Shown here: positions 13,224-24,837 of the stretch, piece after piece
How positions within the stretch are numbered: position 1 is the first letter of the stretch
Layout of the letters: each line of letters opens with the position of its first letter
Origin: Stegostoma tigrinum
Taxonomy: Eukaryota
Assembly (NCBI RefSeq): GCF_030684315.1
Contig: NC_081369.1
Coordinates: forward strand, 9,710,035-9,774,034
DNA length: 64,000 nucleotides
Reading direction: 5' to 3'
Made by a program: the position numbers and the translations under genes
The notes under the pieces: generated by a model
The model's database searches: none
Seen by the model: the letters and a program-made list of their open reading frames with translations, nothing else
Told to the model about the DNA's origin: nothing

Positions 13224-13622
13224 TCTCTGCCTCCCTAACCTGTTCTTCCTCTCACCCATCCCTTCCTCCCACCCCAAGCCGCACCTCCATCTCCTACCTA
13301 CTAACCACATCCCACCTCGACCTGTCCGTCTTCCCTGGACTGACCTATCCCCTCCCTACCTCCTGACCTATGCTCTCCTCTCCACCTATCTTCTTTTCTC
13401 TCCATCTTCGGTCCGCCTCCCCCTTTCTCCCTATTTATTCCAGTACCCTCACCCCATCCCCCTCTCTGATGAAGTTTCTAGGCCCAAAACGAGCTCTGAT
13501 GAAGGGTCTAGGCCCGAAACGTCAGCTTTTGTGCTCCTGAGATGCTGCTGGGCCTGCTGTGTTCATCCAGCCCCACATTTTATTATCTTGGATTCTCCAG
13601 CATCTGCAGTTCCCATTATCAC
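13224..13622 (+). mobile_element. PLE terminal-repeat mini-insertion within the C1 exon
   Basis: Same 3' repeat as the PLEs; TSD aggtataattggtg at 13210-13223 and 13623-13636; contains two tandem hammerhead motifs. Confidence 0.9.
13466..13523 (+). ncRNA. Tandem (30-nt period) double hammerhead motif
   Basis: Degenerate ctgatgaagtttctaggcccaaaacgag followed by intact ctgatgaagggtctaggcccgaaacgtc. Confidence 0.75.
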
Positions 13623-15108
13623 AGGTATAATTGGTGCTTTTCGGGACAGGCTGCGTCTCGACCATAGCACTAGAAACTTCATCTAGTCCCTCGGTGTTCT
13701 TGATTTTATTCGTAAATATTCCGAACATAGATTCAACGCCATTCCTAAACCAAGTGCGCGTGAAATTTTCCGGATAAAACCCAACTGGTTCACAGTTTAA
13801 AGTTAGCGATGCAGAAGAATTCCCTTCAGGTGGCCCGGGGCTAATAGTTACTGGTGTTGGGGCCGCTGCATTTCACAGAATGAACAAAATCAAGTCAATG
13901 TGTGCTTTTGGGAGAAATTGATTATTATTTTTTTCTAAGATCGGACCGTTTCTTTTTACAACTACTTTCACTCGAAAGTGCAACCTCCTTTTATTTCAAT
14001 ATTACACATGCTCTATGTGCGTATGATCCATGTTTCAGACAGATATTGATGACTGGGTTAATTTTGCCGACGTTAATAACGCCAAGGCTTAAGGATAACA
14101 TAGTTATGAATTACAGGTCGAACTCAGCAGGTCTGACAGCACCTGTAGAGAGAAGATAAAGGTAACGTTTCACGTCCTTCTGAAATTAAGTTACTTGGCA
14201 AAGCAGTCGAAATGATTTTTTAAAAACGAAATTTCTGAGAATAAGCTGATTCGATGATTCTTTGCGTGTTTGATACATACTGGAGGATATATCAATACAA
14301 ACAGCCAGGAATATGCACAGTCTTGATCATAAAATGGGCGCTTAATCTGTGTTGGAATAACTCACAGCTGGAGTATGGCAATCAATGAAATATATTACAT
14401 TCAGTTGAATGCCAGGAGATTTCAGTGAAACTGTGCCTCTGTTTATTTTATTTATTGGGGGTTCCTGATTTGACCTCTGTGTCCGAATCTCCAGTTTCAT
14501 GAGTAAACCATTTAGTCAACGATTAGCAGCTCATTGACATTGAATTCCGTAATTCTGTAATTATGTAAGATTCAATTTCAGGCATATTAATCAACCAAGG
14601 CAATGGTAGGTGGAGAACGTGGATCAAAAAATAGCTAAGCACAGTGTACAGTTCGGAGAGGAGTATAACACTAAGGTTCAGAAACAAGTACAGAAATTGC
14701 TAACAAAGTCAGCAGCAGCTGTGGAGCGAAAGCAGAGCTAGCATTTCGGGTCTAGTGACTTCTTCAGGACTGATTGTAACTCCGAAAAAATCGTATACCT
14801 CCTGAGCATGGAATGAGAGGATGGGGCTGAGCACAATGACACAAAGGTTTTAAGTCCCTTATATGCTTGAACACTGTTCCAAATTTTCGCTGTAATTAAG
14901 TTGGTGAATATGTTTGTTGCCTTTGCAGTTCCAGTCTAACTGATTAATCGGTTCATTTTGTAGTGATCTTCGTGTGACGCTACGTAACTAGCTAACAGAT
15001 TTATACAGAGAACAAGGTCGCAAATTTTATTAATTGTCACCTTTATAGTGACAAAGAGGGTACCATAAAATTGTCTCAAAAAGACCCGGTAGATTATGCT
15101 CAACATAC

Positions 15109-15437
15109 TGATTTAGCGTACACAATTAGTTGAGATCCGGTTCCATTGCCTCTAACTTTTCCCTGGCGGATCACAGTGCAGTGATATATTCCAGCATCTT
15201 GGAATGTCACATGCAGCAGCCGAAGGAACCCGCTGGTTTTACTTTCCATGCTAAGCCTCGTTCTCTCGACTGCGCTGTTACGAAGGTATTCATTCTCGCC
15301 ATGTTTCCACCATAATACCCGTACCCAGGTTTGGTGTTGAGAGAGGCGAAATATGCAGTAGAAGGTGATATTCTGTTCTCTGGATACTTTCACTTCTTTG
15401 GCTGCTTGAGACGCAGTGAATGAAGTGCGACCCGCAG
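15109..15437 (-). pseudogene. V-set Ig domain exon with germline-joined J-like motif (copy 2)
   Basis: Acceptor ttatttctgccag. Open frame AGRTSFTASQAAKEVKVSREQNITFYCIFRLSQHQTWVRVLWWKHGENEYLRNSAVERTRLSMESKTSGFLRLLHVTFQDAGIYHCTVIRQGKVRGNGTGSQLIVY shows B-strand Cys, C-strand Trp, DxGxYxC and a GxGTxxxLxV G strand in one exon. Expected phase-1 donor reads G|ctaaat; next GT (gtatgt) is phase 0. Confidence 0.9.
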
Positions 15438-15880
15438 CTGGCAGAAATAAGCAAACGCAAATTAATTGTAAAAGAAATAACAGCTTTAAATAACTACACC
15501 TGTTTTCAGAGGCCTGCTCAGCTATTCCAGAAGACAGCTAAGAGTGAACCACATTGCTGCAGATCACGCAGGCCGAAGCAAGTTAGGGTATCAGATTTCC
15601 TTCCCTGACGTTAAGGATAGAAATTAATTAACAGATAGTTCTTAACAATAATCGACTACCTTTCCATTGTCATCATTACTGACGCTAGCTTCATATTCCA
15701 AACATACTGTTTGAATTCAAATTAAATTTAAAGCTTCATTACAGCATTAGTTATCACTACGATATCACTTTCTCACTAAACGCAATGATAGACCGGAGGA
15801 ACTATAATCAAGATAGCGGAAATATTTTGTTCTAAACCTTGCGAAAAATAATTCAGAAATATTTTATAAATTAGTGATAC

Positions 15881-15936
15881 CTATGTTAAAAAAATTCATG
15901 GAGAATCAGACACAGTAAAGTAGTGTTGCTTATCAT
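15881..15936 (-). pseudogene. Leader (signal peptide) exon of copy 2
   Basis: ATG ATA AGC... encodes MISNTTLLCLILHEFF then TAA. Removing one T from the T7 run gives ...EFFNI G|gtatca, a 55-nt phase-1 leader exon. Lies 443 nt upstream of the V exon. Confidence 0.6.
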
Positions 15937-16524
15937 TCTGAGCAACGGCAGAAGCGACGGATTCAGCTAATAGCTGCCTGCAGTTACGGCGACTTCACAA
16001 GAGAGAAGAATATGGTTTTGTTTTTGGAGTTAAATCTCATTGACTTTTGGCTTCTTCTAATACGGGTTCAGAAACAGGTGTCGTTTATGAAATGGGATTG
16101 TATAGTGTTTTCCCCATTCGTCTGGTGAATCTCACAAGTTACTGGAGCAGAAGGAAGAGAGTATGTACAGTTTTCATAAACAGAAACTACTTCACGCTCA
16201 CGCAGTCAGTATTGTGTGGTCAAGTTACTGTAACCCAAGCACATTGGACAACAGGAGAGCAGCGAAGGAAATCAGTGTTTTAGCATCTCGTTGTTTTCCG
16301 AATAATTTTAATTCCAAATCACTGAAGACATTCTCATCAATCTCTTCTGTATCCTCTCCATGACCATTGTAAGCTTGTCATTAATACAAATTTTACCTTT
16401 GGACTAACTTGTGTTTTATGCAGTTCTAACGTGACTTCCCCAGTCCTAACATTATCTTGTCTAAGCCCTTCTAGAATCATAGTCATAGAGTCATACGATA
16501 GAAATAGACCTGTGGGTATAATTC

Positions 16525-17918
16525 CTTCCCACCTCGTCCGAAACAACATGCTTGCCCGTCACCTTACTGGACCTTTCTGTTTCCATCTCAGGCTACCACC
16601 TACAAACCGATATCCATTTCAAGCCCACCAACTCCCACAGTTACCTGGAACACACCTCCTCCCACCCACCTTCCTGCAAAAAATTCCATCCCCTATTCCC
16701 AATTCCTTCGCCTCCACTGCATCTGCTCCCAGGATGAAGCATTCCACTCCCGCACATCCCAGATGTCCTCATTCTTCAAGGACCTCAACATCCCCCGCCC
16801 CACGCAGTGGTCGAGAACGCCCTCAACCGCGTCTCCCGCATTTCCTGCACCGCATCCCTCACATCCCACCCCCGCAATAACCGCCAAAAGAGGATCCCCC
16901 TAGTCCTTACATAACACCCCATCAACCTCCGGATACAACGCATCATCATCCGACACTTCTGCATTCTACGATCCGACCCCACCACCAAAGGCATTTTTCC
17001 ATCCCCACCCTTGTCTGCCTTCCGGAGAGACCACCCTCTCCGCGACTCCCTTGTCCGCTTCACGTTCCCGTCCAACCCCACCACAGCCGGCACCTTCAAC
17101 TGCAACCGCAGAAGTGCTACACTTGCCCCCACACCTCCCCCCTCAACCCCATCCTAGGCCCCGTGATGACCTTCCATCATCAAGCAGATGTTCACCTGCA
17201 TATCTGCCAATGTGGTATACAGCATCTGCCGTACCCGGTGTGGCTTCCTCTACATTGGGGAAACCAAGCGGAGGCTTGGGGACCGCTTCGCACAACACCT
17301 ACACTTGGTCCGCAGTAAACAACGGCACCTCCCAGTCGTGAACCATTTCAACTCCCACTCCCATTCCTTAGGCGACATGTCCATCCTGGGCCTCCTGCAG
17401 TGCCACAATGATGCCACCCGAAGGTTGCAGGAACAGCAACTCATATTCGGCTTGGGAACCCTGCAGCCCAATGGTATCAATGTGGATTTCATCAGCTTCA
17501 GAATCTCCCCTCCCCCCACTGCATCCCAAAACCAGCCCAGCTCGTCCCTGCCTGCCTAACCTGTTCTTCCTCTCACCCATCCCCTCCTCCCACCTCAAGC
17601 CGCACCTCCATTTCCTACCTACTAACCTCATCCTGTCCCCTTGACCTGTCCGTCCTCCCTGGACTGACCTATCCCCTCCCTGCATCCGCACCCATACTCT
17701 CCTCTCCACCTACCATCTGCTCTATCCATCTTCGGTCCGCCTCCTCCTCTCTCCCTATTTATTTCAGAATCCTCTACCCATCCCCCTTTTGTGATGAAGG
17801 GTGTATGCCGGAAACATCAGCTTTTGTGCTCCTAAAATGCTGCTTGGCCTGCTGTGTTAATCCAGCCCCACACTTTGTAATCTTGGATTCTCCAGCATCT
17901 GCAGTTCCCATTATCTCT
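16525..17918 (+). mobile_element. Penelope-like element fragment (frameshifted)
   Basis: ORF 17188-17559 NVVYSICRTRCGFLYIGETKRRLGDRF; same family as 3509-4861. Confidence 0.9.
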
Positions 17919-18604
17919 TATGCTTGCCCTTGTCCCTGGTTCCAGCCACATCCTTGAAACAACTACTCTGTCGCCCCCAGAAATAATTTTGTATACTTCA
18001 ATTAGACAATCCTTTACTATTTTAAATTGTTGAGAATATATTATCAGCCTTTTCAACCTCTGCCTCATAGGACAATCTTACCATCTTAGAGAACAGTCTG
18101 GTGAACTCTCATTGTACAATTTCTTTGGCACACGCATCCTTCTTCAGATAGGGAGGCCGAAGCTAAATATAATACGCCATGTGTGGTCGAATAAATGTTA
18201 AATACAATTGCAGCGAGACTTCTTTAGCCCTGTTTGAAGACATGCGCCTCACAAAAAGGTTTATTGAAACACTGAGTATCGAAGCATAAGTGGTTACACA
18301 GGCAGGGATCAAAGTTAAATGAAAGTGGTTTTAGTAAGTACTATTTAACTTATCAAACTAGCCCACACTGACCATGTTCCAAAACCAGACGTGTCCCACT
18401 TGCCTGGACTTGGCAGATATCCCTCCAAAACCTTCCTAATTACGTATTAATTCAAAAATCATTTACATATTTTAACTATACCTGCATCGACCACTTCCTC
18501 TGGCTATTCATTCTTCACATGAACCACTCTCTTTGTAAGAATGTTGACTCGATGTTCTTGGTAAATCTTTCTCTTGTCACCTAAAAACAAAGCCCGCTAG
18601 TTCT

Positions 18605-18890
18605 GAAGCACAAAAGCTGACGTTTTGGGCCTAAATCCTTCATCCGAAAACTTTTCTGATGAAGGGTCCAGGCCAGAAACGTCAGCTTTTGCGCTCCTAA
18701 GATGCTGTTTGGCCTGCTGTGTTCATCCAGCTCCACACTTGTTATTAGATAATGAAATGTGAGGCTGGATGAACACAGCAGGCCCAGCAGCATCTCAGGA
18801 GCACAAAAGGTGACGTTTCGGGCCTAGACCCTTCATCAGAGCCACTTGTTATCTCGGATTCTCCAGCATCTGCAGTTCCTATTATCCCCG
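18605..18890. repeat. Cluster of inverted PLE terminal fragments (three hammerhead motifs on alternating strands)
   Basis: Minus (degenerate, 18605-18645), plus (~18656-18683) and minus (~18812-18839) copies forming hairpins. Confidence 0.75.
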
Positions 18891-21800
18891 CTAGTTTTGT
18901 ACTTCCCTATCCTCAAGAAAAGAGCATTGCTATTCACCATTTTTATGCCCCTTATGATTTTATAAATCTTTGTAAGTTCATGCTTCAACCACTTACACTC
19001 CAGTGGAAAAGTCCCAGCCTATTCAGTGTATTTTAATATCTTTATACTTGCCATTCCCGGCAACATCCTTGGAAAATCTTTTCCGAACACTGCCCAATAA
19101 TATTCTTCCTAAAGCAGGGCGACGAGAACTCAGTGCTCCAGAAGGTGGCTCATCAACATGATGTCCGAATTCGTATACTCAAACGCTTTAGCAAAGTCCA
19201 TGTAGACAACATCCAAGGCATGAGTCATCAATCATGTTCATCACTTACTTGGAAGAAATGAATCAAGTTTGAGAGACAAGGCCTCCAGCGCATAAAGCCA
19301 CGCTGATTTAGCCTAATAAGTCCATTCTTCTCCAAATGCGAGTAAGTAATACCCTTAAAAACATTCTTCAATAATTTCCCTGTGTATACAGATCTGTGAG
19401 CATATTTTCGAAGGCCACTCTGTTCCTCTGCAGTTAACAGTATCATATTATTTATTATGCATTAGGTTGCCTTATTTACCCTTCTGAAATCGCACATGTC
19501 TCCAGTCTAAATTCCATCTATTAGCTTTCTGCCCAAGTTACTAATCCATGGATAGCTTCCTGAATTCTGCAGCTTCTCTCCCTACTGTCAATATAGAATC
19601 ATCTTTATATCATCTGAAAACTTCTTAAGTATGCCCAATAAATTGAAATCTGTTACTTATCATGAAAAACAAGTGACCTAGAACTGAAATTTATGGAACC
19701 ATGCTGTAAACATATTTTTCCAGTGACAGGTCAAACACATTGACAACTAATTATTGATTTCCATGTTGATGCAAATTTGCACTTGGTTTGCAACATGACC
19801 CTTGATATCTTGAGTCATTCAGAATCACAGTACTGATACCCAGCACAGGCGCTTCAAACGAGCCTCATTATCAAGTGCCATTTCATTCGACCTTTGCATA
19901 CTATTTCCATCCAAGCAGCCTCAACTTTATTCTTGAATGCCTCAATTTAACTGCCTTCAGCAAAATTCCAGGCAGTGTTTTCCAAAGCCTAACTACTGGC
20001 TGTGAGAACTTTTATGTTCCCACATCACCCTTGCCTTTTTTGTTAACGTTCTGAGCAGGAACAGCTTCTCTCTGTCTACTCTATCAGGCTCGTCAAAATT
20101 CCAAAATCCTCTCTCAAATCTCCTTTCAGTCTTCATTTTTCTGACTAGCCTGACATATTGAACTTTGCCGAAAGATCTTGCTTCTTAATAATTGTTAATC
20201 TGTGTAAAAATACTTACTTTGTTAGAAACAACATAATTTAGATACTAGCTTACGTAGCTTGAAAAGTCTGCGATTGGTTACATTCATTCACGTGTTTCTT
20301 CATATGGCTAAACAATATAAAATAATTTTAGTGTGTTTTTATTGTTATTGGGTCCATATAGTACACCATTTTCTTAAACATGTGATACTATAGTTGATAT
20401 CGCTTGTATTATTTTACTTTGAGAAACTTGGGCTATATTTTCCACTTGAGAAGGTTGCTGTTGTGGAGCTCGACTGCGTTCTTGTGACCAGAACTTGCAA
20501 GGTGATGGCTGGGTAAGTCGCTCCATTTGAAGCTCCACTCTGCTCGCCAGTTAACTTTCCTTTTCCTTTTTTGCCCTGTCCTTTTCAGTCCCACCCTCAT
20601 CCCCCGCCAATTTAACTACCTACCTACGGAGTTGGAAGCAGTGGGGTCAGGACCGGGAACCATCTGGCGGGAACTGAACAAACGGGCCCCGACCTGCAGC
20701 GACGGCGGTGGATCAAGAGTTGGTGTATTCGGCGGCTAGAGCGGGCCGTTGAGGTGGTGACAGTGGCGAGAGCGGGCCTTTCGCACAGCGGCGGCTACCT
20801 TGGTGTCCGAGCGAATGGAGCGCCGCTTGCATCATTGCCAAGATGGGGACTTGGGACTCTGAGAACGGGGCTTGTCTTTTTTTCCTTTTAGTTCTGGTTT
20901 TTGTACACAAGCGGGCGCCAGTGAACGGCAACTTAGTGCACTTTTTGCAGGACTTGTGTATTCCCATATTTTGTACGTTTGACAAATAAATAAATCTAAA
21001 TCTGACACATAACATGCTGATCCTAGTTCTATGGTAGTTTCCAGTTATCTGAAGAATGCCTGAGGGCGTCAGATCAAATTATATGCTTCCTCGTGGTTAC
21101 TATGCTATTGCTCTCTGTTCTTCACTTACGGTTGTTTATCTTGACAATTTGTTCTTTCGGGTGGCTGAACAAGTACAGGAAAGCTGTGATAAAACATATG
21201 TAACATAAGCCGATTTCATGTTTTGTCGAAGGCTAGCGAAAATCCTAACTAACCCTACTTCCCACTTGTCTCGAAGCTACATGTCCTCGTTCCAACGTGT
21301 GGATCAAATATGTAACTTCTGCTTTGGTGACTTCATTTGTAGCCAGATTTATAACCCTTTCACTAGCTGTTCAACTTCGTTCAACGAAGTGCTGTAAATT
21401 TCCTTCCCAGCGGGTGTGATTGGAGAAAATTAAAATATTTGTCTAAATAACACAGTTGCATATTAATTAAACGACTTCATTGGTAAATCATTGGAATATT
21501 GTTGGTGCATTCTTCATTCTGAATGGATTTTTTTGCATTGATACAACCCATCCCGCGTTACAAAACCTACTATTGTTTTACTTTACCGGTCAATGGAGAT
21601 TGGCCTTCAGGAAACCAACTAAAAGTGTGTCCAATAGGGTCATTGCAGACCTGCAAACTTAGAATAAGATATGAGTCTACTTGCCGTAATGTATTAACTA
21701 TGTGATAGTACACAATCATTGTGATCCATTCAGTCTCAGCAAAATCACGGCAGGTTAGTTATGTAGCATCATTGTCCATCATGAATTTAATTTCTTCCCT

Positions 21801-22689
21801 CGCTTGAATTAATCTTTCTGGATTGAGTCCGAGACGGTGTTTTTTGATAGGTAGCACAACTCCCACATTAACATCGGACACAGCCACAATTGTTTGTTTT
21901 TCCTGACTTATTCCCGCAAATTGATTGATTAGTTTGTAAGAGCTGCCAGAAGTTTTTTTTTATTCGATAATTCTTCAGAAATAAAAAAATACGCATGATG
22001 CTATTTAACATTTTAAACATATTGATATTATCCATATCTGATTTTTGGAAGGTTAATCTTAGAATTTTCGATTTAAGGGAAAGTGATGGCCTAGTGACAT
22101 CATTGCTGGACTATTGGCCCAGAGACCCAGGCACTGTTCTGGGAACTCGGTGTTGAATCCCGATATAGCAGCTGGCTGAATTTATATTCAATGAAAATCT
22201 GTATTTAAGAGCCTAAAGATGACGGTAGTCGATTGGCATGGGAACTCTCTTCTGGTTCACTAGTACATGGATTATATTTACAGTATAGGACATTGGCAGG
22301 TACATGGACAGGAAGGTTTAGAAACATACGGGCCAAACGCAAGGAAACGGGACTAAGTCAGTTTAGGAAAAATAGTCGGCATGGGAGAGTTTACTTGGAG
22401 GGCCCATTCCTGTGCTGTACGATTGTATGACTCGAACTAAATTATCATTACTTCACTTTTGTTATTTTAAATTTACTTGTTCTAGTTTAAAATTATTATT
22501 TGGAGATGAAATTAGGTATTTATCTGTAGATTTGCTCCGGCCAACACTCCCTGTGCGACAATGCCAGTTTATGAGCTTCATTCTCCCGTGTAGTTCACTT
22601 CTCTGGTCTGCTGCTTCTTCACTCTTTGGTTGAATCTTTCCCGTTGCAGGTCTTCACTGGTCGACATTGTTCGCAATGGGTGGACTAGA

Positions 22690-24200
22690 AAAAAGATGTA
22701 AGTTTCGAGGTGGTCACCAGAGATGCTGACAGAGCTCCAGGAAGAAGAGGGAGGTATCGAAGATGGTCCAGGTGAATTTGAGTTTGGGGTGAACGGTGTC
22801 AGTAAAGTTGATGAACTGATCAAGCTCCTTGTGGGAGCATGAAGCAGTGCCAATACAGTCATCAATGTAGTGAAGGAAGAGATGAAGGATAGTACCAGTG
22901 TAGCAGCGGAAGAGTGACTGTTCCACGCATCCAACAAAAAGGCAGGCATAGCCTGGTCTTATGAGTGTGCCCACGGCAAACCTTTTAGACTATAGGAAGC
23001 GGGAAGAGTTAGAGGAGAAGGTATTAAGGGCGAGGATGAATTCAGTTAAGCGAATGAAGGTGTTGGTGGAGGGGCACCGGTTGGGCCTGTGTGTGATGAA
23101 GAAGCGGAGGGCTTTTAGGCCACCTGAGTGGGGGACATAGGTGTGCAGGTATTGGATGTCCATAGTCAAGTTGAAGTCTTGAGGGCCAGAGAATTGAAGG
23201 TCTTGGAGCAGGTGAAGGGCGTGGGTGGTGTCTCGGATATAGGTGGGGAGTTCCTGGACTGTCGGAAAAAATAGTCAAGGTAAGCAGAGATAAGTTCAGT
23301 GGGGAAGGAGCAAGCAGAGACCATGGGGCAGCCAGCTTTGTGGATATTGCGAAGGTGGTAGAAACGGGCAGTACAAGGTTGGGGTCAGTGGGATTGGAGG
23401 CTGTGGCTGGGTGGTTACCTGAGGTGATGAGCTTATGAACAGTTTGAGTGATAATGGTTTGGCGATCAGGGGTTGGGTCATGATCGAGGGGGTGGTAGGA
23501 AGAGGTGTGAGAGTTGGTGCCCGGCTTCAGCCATGTAAGGGTCAGTGTGCCATACCAGTACTGTGCCTCCCTTATCTGCAGTTTTTATGGTGAGTTTAGA
23601 GTTGGACGGGGGAGATGTTGGAGTGAGTGAGAGGGATGGAGATATTGAGGCAATTGATGTCGCCACTGCAGTTGGAAATGAAGAGGTTGGGGGAGGGCAG
23701 GAGGCTTTGGGGTTGTGTCCAGGAGGATGAGTTATGCTGGAGTTGGGAGAAGGGGTCTCCTGGTTAAAGAGACAGGATTCCATATCCAAACATGTACGGA
23801 ATTCATTGATAATGGGAACTGCAGATGCTGTAGAATCCAAGATAACAAAGTGTGGAGCTGGATGAACACAGCAGGCCAAGCAGCATCTCAGGAGCAGGAA
23901 AGCTGACGTTTCGTGCCTAGACCCTTCATCAGAGGGAATTCATTGACGTGTGGGCTCAGGGGAATGAAGGTAAGTCCTTTGCTGAGGACTGTCTGACTAT
24001 CCCTCGGCAGTGAAGGCGAGGTCTGGGGATGGTGAAGACCCGGGAAGGCTTGGGCGTGGGGCTGGGTGTACAGCTGGGAAGTCGGGCTTTCGCTGGGTAT
24101 GAGGTGGAGTTAGTGACGTTGACGGCGTCAGCAAAGTCGGCAACGGGAGCAGCGACGTCGGCGTCGGCGGTCTTATCGTCGGCGGAAGAGTTGTCCAGGT
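22690..24200 (-). mobile_element. Older PLE RT fragment with nested mini-insertion (23810-23934)
   Basis: MGTLIRPGYACLFVG...LHYIDDCIG, IKTADKGGTVLVW (PLE RT). Nested piece flanked by ggaattcattga at 23798-23809 and 23935-23946. Confidence 0.85.
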
Positions 24201-24564
24201 AGAGGATGGTAAAGATAGAGCTGATGATCGCTTGGCGAATAAATTTATAAATATTTTTTATCTTGTCATTGGGAGAGGAAGGATTCAGAAGCTGGTTTGT
24301 AAGTGCGTGAATTTGTTGTATGTAACCATTGATGTCAGGTAATTTAGCGAGTAACTGCCAGTGATAGCGAAAGACAAAGCTTCACTTGATCCAGCGAAAT
24401 ATGGTCACCGATAGCTTAATACGATTCAGAGTACACTTCGAGCTCTTGACGCGATGAAAGTTCAAATCATAAAAGTCTTATAACTAGGATAAGAGGTAGC
24501 CAAGTATTTACTTGCAATAAGCACACTTTATTAATGTTATTGCCTGTTACGCACAGACTTCCTT

Positions 24565-24837
24565 AGTTTGTTTTTCGGTGCAATTGTGCATTGTTTCCAT
24601 TTCCACAACACAGACGTCCAATTTCGAATACACAAACGAAACTTTTGGTCGGCTTCAGAAATTTGCGGATTTGTCTTTCCCACGCGGCTAAGCAAACTAA
24701 TTTTGAGCTTGAAATATGCAAGAATAGTGTGATTACGTTGACATTACACTCACCGAACATGAACATGATTCAATGGCTAACTCTCGAGAGCTTAAAGTAC
24801 AATGTGGTTTGCTTGTGATATGGGGAAGGGTGCATAA
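24565..24837 (-). pseudogene. Possible highly decayed V exon relic
   Basis: Short matches to the V exons: FPISQA vs FTASQA; tgcatatttc shared with copy 2; C-x9-GNG-x3-QL spacing identical to YHC...GNGTGSQL. Could be chance. Confidence 0.25.

Larger units (their letters stand above)
13141..13865 (-). pseudogene. C1-set Ig domain exon (copy 2), interrupted by a retroelement
   Basis: Removing the insertion plus one TSD copy (13224-13636) gives a 312-nt phase 1-1 open exon: APTPVTISPGPPEGNSSASLTLNCEPVGFYPENFTRTWFRNGVESMFGIFTNKIKNTEGLDEVSSAMVETQPVPKSTNYT(S/C)LVSDISLQAPAVVTYTVSQSNR. C-x3-GFYP-x6-W and YT(C)xVxxxSL are C1 signatures. Confidence 0.88.
11605..15936 (-). pseudogene. IgSF receptor pseudogene copy 2: leader-VJ-C1-TM-cytoplasmic (SIRP/NKp30/UrIg-like non-rearranging antigen-receptor-like gene)
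   Basis: Six exons reconstructed on the minus strand with AG acceptors and GT donors, mostly in compatible phases. Lesions: +1 frameshift in a T7 run in the leader, likely lost phase-1 V donor, retroelement inserted in C1. Confidence 0.8.

Noticed and set aside
15172-15178. CACAGTG heptamers at the 3' ends of both V exons (also ~5205) as recombination signal sequences
   Set aside because: They arise from the Cys-region codons, the J-like strand is already in frame, and I see no nonamer at 12/23 spacing. No evidence of V(D)J rearrangement.
21130-21642. Leader-like (MTLLDTLLVGFL...) and TM/Ig-like (IGLCYICFITAFLYLFS) exon candidates
   Set aside because: Stops, phase conflicts and no clear homology to the other copies.
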